Assembly: GCA_002293855.1 (NCBI GenBank)
Contig: DBEB01000010.1
Location: 1 to 63,599, forward strand
Direction: 5' to 3'
Length of the DNA stretch: 63,599 bases
Source: Candidatus Falkowbacteria bacterium UBA917
Lineage (GTDB): Bacteria; Patescibacteriota; Patescibacteriia; Patescibacteriales; Patescibacteriaceae
A program made the translations under genes and the position numbers. The notes below the pieces were generated by a model. The model was not told the origin of the DNA. It did no database searches and saw nothing but the letters and a program-made list of their open reading frames with translations. Below are positions 16,430 to 25,526 of this stretch, piece by piece; the first letter of the stretch is position 1; every line of letters begins with the position of its first letter.

Positions 16430-17695
16430 TTATTCGCTGCGTAAGGCTTCAATTGGATCAAGCTTAGCAGCACGACGAGCCGGATAGACGCCAAAGACTA
16501 CACCAAAAATAAAAGAAAAAAATAAAGCGACCACATAAGCCTTGATAGGAATAATAAAACGCCAATCCAGTCCATAAGCTCGAGCTCCCAAGGCCAGTAA
16601 CCAAGACAAGCTAACACCAATAACGATACCGACTAGTCCACCAATAAGAGTGATGAGGATAGCTTCAAAGAGGAACTGACGCATAATCTGATCATAGGTA
16701 GCGCCAACGGCTTTGCGCAGACCGATCTCGGAGGTACGTTCAGAAACAATAACATACATAATATTCATAATACCAACACCGCCGACAATCAGAGAAATAA
16801 CCACGATAGCAAGTAGTAGCAGAGTAATGGCGCCAGTAATAGTCTTGAGAGTATCAAGTTGCTCAGTCATAGTGCTGACTCGGAAATCATCACGAGCCTC
16901 ATCGGTGATATCATGGTTAGTGCGAATGATATAAGCTGCTTCCATAGCAGTGTCTTCGGCTAGATCAGGATTGCGCAATTGATGAACCATCATGGTGATG
17001 TGATCTACGCCCATGATTTTCTTTTGCAAGCTACGGATTGGCATGTAGATAAAATCATCAAAATCAACAAACATAAAAGCGCCTCGTGGAGCCATAACAC
17101 CGATGACTTGAAACTTTTCACGACGGATCTGGACATAGCGACCCAGTGGCTCAGCGTCACCAAACAACTTCTCAGCTATTTTATCACCCAAGACAACAAC
17201 AGGAGTGAGACCACGATCCTCGGCCTCGGTAAAAAAACGACCGCGAGCCAGCTTGGTAGCATCAATATCTAGGAAACTAGCCGAGACACCGTAAACCATA
17301 GAGCGACGCAACTCGGAACGATAAGAAACTTGCTCTTGGCTAATCATAGCGCCATAAGCAGCCTTGATGTTTTTGGACTCAGCAACAGCTTCCATATCAT
17401 CCAAAGTGAGCGAGGTGATTTGTACGCCTTGGACAATGGCATTAGCTGACTCTGATTGACCAGCATCACCGCTTTTGGCGTTGGGCACTTTAACTTCAGT
17501 TTGAATAATATCAGTACCAAAAGATTCAACCTGACCCAAGACCAAAGAATAAATACCCTCACCTGCTGAATAAACAATAATGACCGAAGCAATACCGATG
17601 ACGATACCCAAAATAGTCAACGCTGTTCGAGCTTTGTTAGCGATCATGGTTCTGAGAGCCAGAACAATAGAATGTAGGAGGGCGCGATTATTCAT
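16430..17695 (-). CDS. ABC transporter permease, MacB/FtsX family
   Basis: It has an N-terminal TM, a large extracytoplasmic domain and a C-terminal FtsX 3-TM bundle (...SERTSEIGLRKAVGAT...). The ATG at 17695 overlaps the upstream stop as ATGAATAA. The track start at 17710 is a TTG. Confidence 0.85.
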   Translation of the reverse strand: MNNRALLHSIVLALRTMIANKARTALTILGIVIGIASVIIVYSAGEGIYSLVLGQVESFGTDIIQTEVKVPNAKSGDAGQSESANAIVQGVQITSLTLDDMEAVAESKNIKAAYGAMISQEQVSYRSELRRSMVYGVSASFLDIDATKLARGRFFTEAEDRGLTPVVVLGDKIAEKLFGDAEPLGRYVQIRREKFQVIGVMAPRGAFMFVDFDDFIYMPIRSLQKKIMGVDHITMMVHQLRNPDLAEDTAMEAAYIIRTNHDITDEARDDFRVSTMTEQLDTLKTITGAITLLLLAIVVISLIVGGVGIMNIMYVIVSERTSEIGLRKAVGATYDQIMRQFLFEAILITLIGGLVGIVIGVSLSWLLALGARAYGLDWRFIIPIKAYVVALFFSFIFGVVFGVYPARRAAKLDPIEALRSE

Positions 17696-18941
17696 AACGT
17701 AGAGCTTCAATAGGGCTTAAGCGACTGGCTTTGCGAGCCGGATAGAGACCAAAGATTAAACCAACTGCAATAGAAACTGAAAAGGCTAGCAAAATAGACC
17801 AGATGGAGATGGAGAATTGCCAATCATAGCCTAGAGCGCCGGCAATCACAGCGATTAACAAAGAAACTAATTCACCGATAATAATACCGATTAGGCCGCC
17901 GCTGACAGTAATACTACTTGACTCTACCAAAAACTGGAACATGATATCACGATGAGTAGCGCCCACGGCCTTGCGAAGGCCAATTTCACGAGTCCGACTA
18001 CTGACACGCACTAACATAATATTCATAATACCAACACCGCCGACAATCAGAGATAAGGAGGCCATGGCAGCAAGGAAAAAACGCAAAGCATTGGTAATGT
18101 TAGTTAACATATCTAGAGCTTGAGCGGCACTCCTAACTGAGAAGTCATCACTCTCACCGCTTTGATCACGAATATCATGACGATCACGCAAGACATAGCG
18201 AATATTATCCATGACTTCAGCCAGATACTTTTCGTTATCAATCTTGATACGCATAATCGCCAAATGATTAACACCAGCAACTAAACGTTGCATGGTTTTA
18301 GCCGGCACAATAATCTGATTGTCGTTGTCTTGAAAGGCAACAGTGCCACGACGAGCGAGAGTACCAATGATTTCGTAGTTTTGACTTTTGATTTTAATGG
18401 TCTGGCCAATAGGATCAGTCTGGCCAAAAATCTCATTAACAGCCGTATAGCCGATGACAGCTACTTTGGCCATGCCACGTTCTTCGGCTTCGGTAAAAAA
18501 ACGACCAGTAGCTATTTCCATACCTTCAACGGTCAGATAATCAGCAGTCACGCCATTGAGATTGGGACTATACTGCTCACCCCGCCAAGTAACTGGAGCA
18601 GAGCCACGAACATAACCACTGACAGCAGTCACCCTTGGTAAGAGCTTGATAGCTTCACCGTCTTCGTAAGTTAGGGTAGTAATATTGATGCCGTAGACAG
18701 CGGCTGGCGGGCCTTTTTCTTCTGATTTACCTGGTGTAATACCAATGACATTGGAACCTAGACTTTTGACCTGACTGAGAATTAGGCTTTGCGCTCCATC
18801 GCCAATACTGATGATGATAATGACTGAAGCGACGCCAATAATGACGCCCAACATAGTCAAAAGACTACTTTTCTTATTGTGCAGTAAACTACGAAAAGAA
18901 TTACTAATCTGATTAATGAAGAAATGATAAGTCTGAGACAT
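17688..18941 (-). CDS. ABC transporter permease, MacB/FtsX family (paralog)
   Basis: 417 aa with the same architecture (SSRTREIGLRKAVGATHRDI). Confidence 0.9.
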   Translation of the reverse strand: MSQTYHFFINQISNSFRSLLHNKKSSLLTMLGVIIGVASVIIIISIGDGAQSLILSQVKSLGSNVIGITPGKSEEKGPPAAVYGINITTLTYEDGEAIKLLPRVTAVSGYVRGSAPVTWRGEQYSPNLNGVTADYLTVEGMEIATGRFFTEAEERGMAKVAVIGYTAVNEIFGQTDPIGQTIKIKSQNYEIIGTLARRGTVAFQDNDNQIIVPAKTMQRLVAGVNHLAIMRIKIDNEKYLAEVMDNIRYVLRDRHDIRDQSGESDDFSVRSAAQALDMLTNITNALRFFLAAMASLSLIVGGVGIMNIMLVRVSSRTREIGLRKAVGATHRDIMFQFLVESSSITVSGGLIGIIIGELVSLLIAVIAGALGYDWQFSISIWSILLAFSVSIAVGLIFGLYPARKASRLSPIEALRYE

Positions 18942-18963
18942 GAATTTAAATAGACACTCTAGT

Positions 18964-19683
18964 CTATTTCAATAGCTCATCGCCGTTAGCGTGGCGACGA
19001 TTTTTAACTGGAGTATCCGCTAGCAATGATCCGTCATGAATCTTGAGAATACGCTTGGCGTGCTCAGAAGTAAAAGTTTCGTGAGTGACTAAGATAATGG
19101 TATTACCTGCCTCATTTAAATCTTGGAGCATTTTCATAACAGCTAGACCAGACTTGGAATCGAGGTTGCCAGTTGGCTCATCAGCAAAGATAATAGAAGG
19201 TTTATTGACAAGAGCACGAGCAATGGCGACACGTTGTTTTTCACCGCCGGAAATTTGATTGGTGTAATAATCTAAACGATGAGAAAGACCAACTTGCTCC
19301 AAGACTTCAGTCGCAATTTTGGCAGGATCCGCTATCTTGCGATGGCTGTACAGCAAAGGCAGCATAACGTTTTCTAGTACAGTAGTACGCGGCAAGAGGT
19401 TAAAGGACTGAAAGACGAAGCCAATTTTTTCATTGCGCATGCGAGCGAGCTCGAGGTCCGTCAAATCTGTTACATCTTCATTGTCAAAGAAATACTTACC
19501 AGAACTAGCTCGATCTAAAAAGCCCAAAATATGCATGAGTGTTGATTTACCTGAGCCTGATGGCCCCATGATGGAGATGAACTCACCTGGTTCAATAGAA
19601 AAACTAACGCCATGCAAAACTTGAGTAACCAAATCGTCACTGTGAAAAGATTTTTTGAGATTATCAATGCTAATGAGAGACAT
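18964..19683 (-). CDS. ABC transporter ATP-binding protein (MacB/LolD-type)
   Basis: 239 aa. Walker A is GPSGSGKST, the signature is [15 protein letters not shown], and Walker B is [12 protein letters not shown]. Confidence 0.95.
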   Translation of the reverse strand: MSLISIDNLKKSFHSDDLVTQVLHGVSFSIEPGEFISIMGPSGSGKSTLMHILGFLDRASSGKYFFDNEDVTDLTDLELARMRNEKIGFVFQSFNLLPRTTVLENVMLPLLYSHRKIADPAKIATEVLEQVGLSHRLDYYTNQISGGEKQRVAIARALVNKPSIIFADEPTGNLDSKSGLAVMKMLQDLNEAGNTIILVTHETFTSEHAKRILKIHDGSLLADTPVKNRRHANGDELLK

Positions 19684-21504
19684 TTATTTGCTAGTGGTTT
19701 TAGTGGAAGTGATAACTTGATCACCAGATTTGATACCGGATAGAACCTCTACCAAGCCGTTGTCGCCACTCATACCCAGAGTAACTTTATGCTCGGTAAC
19801 AAGATCGCCATCGAGAGTTTTAACAATCTTGAAATTATCTTGATCAATGACAGCTCGCTCTGGAATAATCACGACATTGGAGCGACGATCAGTAGAAATC
19901 TTGGCGGTAGCAGTCATACCTGACTTAATCTCTCGACCAGCATCTGGTGTAAAGCTAATTTTGACCTTGTAATAAGTCACGCCTTGAATAACGGTTTCAG
20001 CTGGTTCGATGAAATTAACCAAACCATCAAATTTGACATCTTCACCAAAGGCATCCAAATAAATCGAAGCGTGATTACCGACTTTAAGCTTAGAAATATC
20101 AGTCTCAGAGACATCGATATCAATAGAGAAATTGTTATCAGCGATCATAAAGATTACTGGCTGAGCAGGCGTGGTTTGTTCGCCGATTTGATTGGCGATC
20201 TTGGTGATAATACCCTCGCTAGGAGCAATGATTTGATTGTTACTAATCTGATTACTGATTAGATCAACACTAGCTTCAGCTTGGCGAACTTGAGCTTGTT
20301 CGAGCATAATGTCCTCAACACGAGCTGGAGCGAGAGTCTTTTTGAGTTGAGCTTCAGCGACAGCCAGACGCGCCTGAGAAGCGGACATTAGCTGTTCGCG
20401 ACTAGAGCGGGCATTGGTCAGAGCATTAGCAGTCTTGGTCATGGCTTCGGAGAGCGCAGCACTAGCAGCATTAACATTTGACTCATAGGCGAGCTCAGCA
20501 TCATTGAGAGCTTGGTGAGCTGATTCGAGAGAATTGATAGCAGTGGTAACAGCTGACTGCTGAGCGCTGATCACTGACTTGGCGGTATCAATCGAACTCT
20601 GAGGGAACTCTGAAGAAACGATACTTGATTCTAGAGCAGCAAAACAGTAATTAAGAGCAGTAGCAGTGTCATTTAGAGCCTTGATGACATTGTTATAATT
20701 AGCATCGAGATTATTGTCGTCGCTAGCACTGAGACTAGTGAGAGCTGTTTGAGCAAGCTTGATGGAGTTTTTGGAACTATTATAAGAATCGGTTGTCAGA
20801 CTCAGATAACTGCTGTTTTTCTTGCTAAAAGAACTGGCGATACTAATGTCGTTGAGATAACGATTAACAGCATCAGCGCCGGTACTTGCTGTAGGCAATT
20901 TGGTTTGCAGAGCAGTGACCAAGGAAGAACGCTTGTTATCAATAGCCTTTTGATAGGTTTTTTTGGCATTAGCTAGATTGGTTTGAGCTTGGCTGACACT
21001 CTGAGAGCCGCCAGTTTGACCAGAGCTTAGATCTTGGTTGTCTTTTTCGGCTTGAGAGACAGCTTCTTTGGTCTTGAGATCGGTGCTAGCGAGGTCTTTG
21101 ACGGCGGCATCGTAGTTAGCCTGAGCAACAGCTTTGTCTTCGGCGCTAGCTCCGGAAAGCAACTTGCTTAAGCGAGCGCGAGAGACACTGAGACTAGCAC
21201 TCGCCTCTTTGAGCCTGATGGCTAAGTCACTTTTGTCTAATTCGGCTAAGATAGCTGAACTGCTGACTTTGTCACCAACTTTGACATTGATCAAAGCGAT
21301 TTTGCCAGAAGCAGCAAAATTAAGTTCTAGTTCTTTGTCTGGCTTAATCGTACCAGTTTCTGAAACAGTCTGTTCTAGATCGGCCTGAACGGCAGCGGCG
21401 GTATTGTACTCGAGCTTGGGCTTTTGATTGCCTTTAAAAATAAAAAAGGCTATCAGCAAAGTAGCGCCAACACCAGCATAAATTAGTTTACGTTTTGTAG
21501 TCAT
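19684..21504 (-). CDS. HlyD/MacA-family periplasmic adaptor with greatly expanded alpha-helical hairpin
   Basis: 606 aa. It has an N-terminal TM anchor, the lipoyl half-motif GKIALINVKVGDKVSSSAILAELD, and about 300 aa of S/A/N/Q-rich helical sequence. The second lipoyl half (IIAPSEGIITKI) and the beta-barrel/MP domains follow. Its stop abuts the ATPase start. Confidence 0.85.
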   Translation of the reverse strand: MTTKRKLIYAGVGATLLIAFFIFKGNQKPKLEYNTAAAVQADLEQTVSETGTIKPDKELELNFAASGKIALINVKVGDKVSSSAILAELDKSDLAIRLKEASASLSVSRARLSKLLSGASAEDKAVAQANYDAAVKDLASTDLKTKEAVSQAEKDNQDLSSGQTGGSQSVSQAQTNLANAKKTYQKAIDNKRSSLVTALQTKLPTASTGADAVNRYLNDISIASSFSKKNSSYLSLTTDSYNSSKNSIKLAQTALTSLSASDDNNLDANYNNVIKALNDTATALNYCFAALESSIVSSEFPQSSIDTAKSVISAQQSAVTTAINSLESAHQALNDAELAYESNVNAASAALSEAMTKTANALTNARSSREQLMSASQARLAVAEAQLKKTLAPARVEDIMLEQAQVRQAEASVDLISNQISNNQIIAPSEGIITKIANQIGEQTTPAQPVIFMIADNNFSIDIDVSETDISKLKVGNHASIYLDAFGEDVKFDGLVNFIEPAETVIQGVTYYKVKISFTPDAGREIKSGMTATAKISTDRRSNVVIIPERAVIDQDNFKIVKTLDGDLVTEHKVTLGMSGDNGLVEVLSGIKSGDQVITSTKTTSK

Positions 21505-21669
21505 AAATATTGTGATTATAGATAATATAGCATAGTTACCAGAACTCTTAAAGCTATTTTATCCGTTATGATGTTAAAACCTTGATTGTGAATGATTTTA
21601 AACAAAATGAAATTTTGACTTTACACCTTAAAGCCTAAATGGTCAATAATTAGCTAATTATTACTAAAA

Positions 21670-22743
21670 TTAATTGAGAGCCTTGAGTATAAGGTTGAGT
21701 AATTTTTGATTGGAGCCGGATCCCAAGGACTTGTGCAACTTAGCGCCATAGTCAGTCAGTGCAGCTCGGTCAGCCAAAGCAGCCTTGAGCTCGGAAACAA
21801 AAGTCCAGGCAGTGGTTTTGGATTGATCTAGTCTAATAGCAGCGCCACGTTTGACAAAGTAATCAGCATTAGCTTCCTGATGAGAATTGGGCAAAGGAAT
21901 TAAGACAACTGGCTTGCTCAGATAAGCTAATTCGGTGATGACACCCATGCCAGCCCGAGAGACGATCAGATCTGCTGCGCTATAAGCCTTGGCCATGGCG
22001 CTAGAATCAGATAATTCTAGAGCGTGATAGCGTGGATTCTTGTCGATGGCTAGCTGTTTGGAGCGACCAGTAATATGAATAACCTGACAGAGTTGAGTTA
22101 GGTTATAAAGATTATCTAAGACCAGTTTGTTAATAGCAATTGAGCCAGTGCCACCGGCTAAGATCAGGATGGTTGGCAGCTTGGGGTCTAAATTAAAAGC
22201 CGCCCGAGCAAGTGCTGGATCTAGATCAGCGGCGCCACTGATCGCCAAGCGAACTGGACAGCCAGTCACTTGACCCTGCGGATAATGAGCCTTGGACTCT
22301 GGCAAAGTTAAAGCAACTTGAGCACCAAAAAAAGCCATAATCCGATTAGCGAGCCCTGGTAAGACATCGAGCTGCAAGATAATCACCTTGACTGAACAGA
22401 GCTTGGCGGCAGCAGCTAAAGGAACACTGACAAAGCTACCAGCACTAACAATCAGTCGTGGTCGATATTTAAAAATAAGTAAAAGTGATTGAAAAAAAGC
22501 GTAAATGACAAAAAAAGGATCGATAAAATTACGGAGTGAAAAATAACGACGTAATTTACCGCTGGCAATAGCATGATAAGCCAGCTGATGTTCGGCGACT
22601 AGAGATTTTTCAACCCCGTTTTCGGTGCCAACAAACTGACAAACAACTCGATCGCCTAAATCTTCAGCGAGAGCAAGTAGTGGTGTGACTGAGCCAAGCG
22701 TGCCGCCACCACTCAAAAAAATAACTTCTTTAGAGTGATCCAT
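21670..22743 (-). CDS. murG: undecaprenyldiphospho-muramoylpentapeptide beta-N-acetylglucosaminyltransferase
   Basis: 357 aa. It has the GT28 layout (SGGGTLGSVTPLLALAE...ILAGGTGS...ADLIVSRAGMGVITELAYLSKPVVLIPLP) and sits next to ftsW and mraY. Confidence 0.8.
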   Translation of the reverse strand: MDHSKEVIFLSGGGTLGSVTPLLALAEDLGDRVVCQFVGTENGVEKSLVAEHQLAYHAIASGKLRRYFSLRNFIDPFFVIYAFFQSLLLIFKYRPRLIVSAGSFVSVPLAAAAKLCSVKVIILQLDVLPGLANRIMAFFGAQVALTLPESKAHYPQGQVTGCPVRLAISGAADLDPALARAAFNLDPKLPTILILAGGTGSIAINKLVLDNLYNLTQLCQVIHITGRSKQLAIDKNPRYHALELSDSSAMAKAYSAADLIVSRAGMGVITELAYLSKPVVLIPLPNSHQEANADYFVKRGAAIRLDQSKTTAWTFVSELKAALADRAALTDYGAKLHKSLGSGSNQKLLNLILKALN

Positions 22744-23875
22744 ATTTTTGGTGACGACTAATATTAGCTAAAATGCCCAGAGCAAAGAGCGAAGAGATGA
22801 GTGAAGATCCACCATAGCTAATCAATGGCAAAGGAATGCCGGTCATAGGTAATAGATTAATGATGCCACCGATATTAAAAATAGTTTGAATAGCTAGCCA
22901 AGCGGTAATGCCAGTAGCCAGATTTTTGGCAAAATCATCAGAGCTATTTTTGGCAATGGCAAAACCTTTGGCAAAAAGAGCAAAAAAAGTAGCAAGTAGT
23001 AACAGACAAAAAACTAAACCGATTTCTTCGGCTATGACCGCAAAGATAAAATCATTATGAACTTCGGGAATATTGAGATATTTTTGACGACTATTACCAA
23101 TACCTCGACCAAAGAAGCCGCCAGAACCAATAGCGATCAGGGATTGATTAACCTGATAGCAAGCCCCCATAGAATCATAACTAGCATCGATTACACAATG
23201 AAAACGTTTTTGCTGACGCTCGCTAAAAGAAACCAAAGCAGCGAGAGCGAGCAAGGCCAAGAGACAAATGGCTAGAAGCTTCCTCAGCGGCACGCCACTG
23301 ATAAAAAAAACTACAAAAGAGGCGCCGGAAATAATGATCAAAGTGCCAAGATCCGGTTGCAGTAAAATCAGAGTAGCAATAAGGCCATAAATAGCTAAAA
23401 AGGGATATAGACTGTCGCTGTGATTAGAATGACCAGCAGAGCGATGCTTGGCAAACCAAGCTGATAAATAAACTATAAATAATAATTTAATCAGCTCAGT
23501 TGGCTGAAAAGTAACAAAACCAAGATTGAGCCAACTACGTGAGCCATTGACTAACTTGCCTAAGCCCGGTAAAAAAAGCGCAATCAAAAGAAGTAAAGAA
23601 ACAATCAGAGCGGGTAGAGCCAGTTTTTTCCATAGTTGATGAGGCGTGCGAGAGCCAATCCAAAAAGCCAGAGCACCAATGGCAGCAAAAAAAAGTTGGC
23701 GTTTAAAAAAATAATAGGCATCCTGATGATTTTCGTAAGCAATAACCGAAGAAGCAGAAGACAACATGATCAAACCAAAAACCAAGAGTCCAGTGACCAG
23801 TAAGAGTAACCAACGATCAATAGTATATTGGCGAGATTGAACTTTATTTAATTGGCTGAAAAAATTGCTAAACAT
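22730..23875 (-). CDS. ftsW: SEDS family peptidoglycan glycosyltransferase FtsW/RodA
   Basis: 381 aa and polytopic. It carries FQPTELIKL, PEVHNDFIFAVIAEEIG and PLPLISYGGSS motifs. Confidence 0.9.
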   Translation of the reverse strand: MFSNFFSQLNKVQSRQYTIDRWLLLLVTGLLVFGLIMLSSASSVIAYENHQDAYYFFKRQLFFAAIGALAFWIGSRTPHQLWKKLALPALIVSLLLLIALFLPGLGKLVNGSRSWLNLGFVTFQPTELIKLLFIVYLSAWFAKHRSAGHSNHSDSLYPFLAIYGLIATLILLQPDLGTLIIISGASFVVFFISGVPLRKLLAICLLALLALAALVSFSERQQKRFHCVIDASYDSMGACYQVNQSLIAIGSGGFFGRGIGNSRQKYLNIPEVHNDFIFAVIAEEIGLVFCLLLLATFFALFAKGFAIAKNSSDDFAKNLATGITAWLAIQTIFNIGGIINLLPMTGIPLPLISYGGSSLISSLFALGILANISRHQKYGSL

Positions 23876-23909
23876 TAGTAAAGTGATAACAAGCTAAAGG
23901 ATCCACGAC

Positions 23910-24962
23910 TTAAATCATGCGGTCTAAAATAAACAGAGCAATACCTAGTGCTGAACTAACACCAGCGATAACCCAGAAACGCATTACAATCTTGGACTCT
24001 AACCAACCGATGGCTTCAAAATGATGGTGTATAGGAGCGGACAAAAAGACTTTTTTGCCATGACGGAGTTTTTTGGAGCTGAGCTGAATGATGACTGACA
24101 GTGACTCGATAACAAAGACTGAGCCGATAATCAACAAAAAGGGAGCTGTATCAGTTAACATGGCAATGATCCCCAAGGTAATACCAAGGCTCATAGCCCC
24201 TGTATCGCCCATATAAAAACGCGCTGGGGTAATATTGAACCAAAGAAAGGCAAGTAGCGCGCCGACGATAACGGCACAAAAAACGGCTAGATTCGCCTTG
24301 CCCATCATCAGGGCAATCACACCATAAGCCATGTAGCTGTTGAGTAGGACGCCACCAGCCAAACCATCTAAACCATCAGTTTCATTGACACTAAAGGCAG
24401 TAGCTACAATGACGATAATAAAGACTGGAATATAAAACCAACCGAGATCAAAGCTTTGCCAAAAAGGGATGGTAAATAATGTTTTACCAAGCTTGAAATA
24501 AAACCAAGCAGCGCCAATAGAGGCGATGAGAGTGTAAATAGCCAGACGATGCTTAATAGTTAAGCCTCCCCCACCCAGAGCCCCCTTGCCACGTACATCG
24601 AGCCAGTCATCAAAAAGACCTACTAGCGCCGAAGCAACCAAGGCACCGATAGGCAGCCAAGTTTCGGTGCGCTCCAAGAAATTCATATGCCCCCAAAAAC
24701 TGCTAGGCCACAGGATTGATAAACAATTAAAGATAATGGCTAGAGCGAGCACAGTCCCCCAGATCAGTACGCCACCCATAGTAGGGGTACCGCTTTTTTT
24801 GGCGTGGAGCTGTGAAAAAATTGGCGTATTACCGCTATTACGAATTTGCTTACCGAGTTTGAATTTGTAAAGAAACTTAGTCCAGAGCGGAGTCCAGGCC
24901 ATGGCCACAACAAAGGCTAAAGAACCGAGTAACAAAATCCTGATAATTGCAGCTTTGTCCAT
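23910..24962 (-). CDS. mraY: phospho-N-acetylmuramoyl-pentapeptide transferase
   Basis: 350 aa. It carries GTPTMGG, NETDGLDGLAGG and PIHHHFE motifs. Confidence 0.95.
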   Translation of the reverse strand: MDKAAIIRILLLGSLAFVVAMAWTPLWTKFLYKFKLGKQIRNSGNTPIFSQLHAKKSGTPTMGGVLIWGTVLALAIIFNCLSILWPSSFWGHMNFLERTETWLPIGALVASALVGLFDDWLDVRGKGALGGGGLTIKHRLAIYTLIASIGAAWFYFKLGKTLFTIPFWQSFDLGWFYIPVFIIVIVATAFSVNETDGLDGLAGGVLLNSYMAYGVIALMMGKANLAVFCAVIVGALLAFLWFNITPARFYMGDTGAMSLGITLGIIAMLTDTAPFLLIIGSVFVIESLSVIIQLSSKKLRHGKKVFLSAPIHHHFEAIGWLESKIVMRFWVIAGVSSALGIALFILDRMI

Positions 24963-24965
24963 ATT

Positions 24966-25385
24966 TTAGAATAAGTTAACAAAATTAATTAAATAAAGTG
25001 AATAAATACCTAAGGCTACCAAGATATTAATAATGATAGCTGAGCCAGCAGTCAGATAAGCTAATAACCGATGATACTTCAGTAAATAGACGGACAGGAG
25101 CAAGTTAACTGAGCCTATTAACAAACTACTAACTGGCAAGAAATAGAGACGAGCGGGCGGTCCAATCAGATCAGTGCCAAAGAGAATATTATAGTGCAGG
25201 TTAATATTGTCTTGATCAAGTTGGCTATAAAGGGAGTAGCTTAAAAAACAACAGATAAAAAAACTGATGAGCCACAAAAACAGATGTATCCGCAAAGGTA
25301 GATAAGCCCAAAAGCTATGCCAGTGAGCCTGAAAATTAGAGCGAGCTAGACTAACAAAAGCCAGACTTTTCTGAGCAAAATTCAT
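24966..25385 (-). CDS. hypothetical membrane protein (4 predicted TM)
   Basis: 139 aa, hydrophobic and AT-rich. It lies immediately upstream of mraY in the same orientation. No family was recognised. Confidence 0.5.
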   Translation of the reverse strand: MNFAQKSLAFVSLARSNFQAHWHSFWAYLPLRIHLFLWLISFFICCFLSYSLYSQLDQDNINLHYNILFGTDLIGPPARLYFLPVSSLLIGSVNLLLSVYLLKYHRLLAYLTAGSAIIINILVALGIYSLYLINFVNLF

Positions 25386-25491
25386 ATTAGGCTAGTGTAT
25401 CACAAAGTTTTGGAAAATAAAACATACTTTTATTAGACTATAATACTCTTTGTAAGTCAACTAAAATGATCTGCTTAACTATATTTTATAC

Positions 25492-25520
25492 TTAGCTAAT
25501 TAGTCGCTTTGTGGTATAAT
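25492..25520 (+). promoter_or_regulatory. extended -10 promoter (TGgTATAAT) placed 6 nt before the ATG at 25527, implying a leaderless transcript
   Basis: tgg tataat is at 25512-25520. A weak -35 (ttagct) is at 25492-25497 with a 17-nt spacer. The ATG at 25527 is where the TSS is expected. Confidence 0.5.
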
Positions 25521-25526
25521 AGAGTT

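Noticed and set aside
16426-16494. A 23-codon extension of the DUF4012-like ORF overlapping the upstream permease.
   Set aside because: The overlap of 65 nt is atypical. The Met at 16425 gives a 4-nt gap and a sensible N-in single-TM start.
21505-21669. An AT-rich palindrome (aataattagctaattatt) after murG, considered as a terminator or repeat.
   Set aside because: The stem is entirely A/T, so its stability is low and it lacks a clear T-run. It may simply reflect AT-rich spacer composition.
25509-25526. TTG start extending the GspE-like ORF by 6 codons.
   Set aside because: The extension overlaps the TGgTATAAT -10 element, so it would lie upstream of the predicted TSS. I prefer the ATG at 25527.
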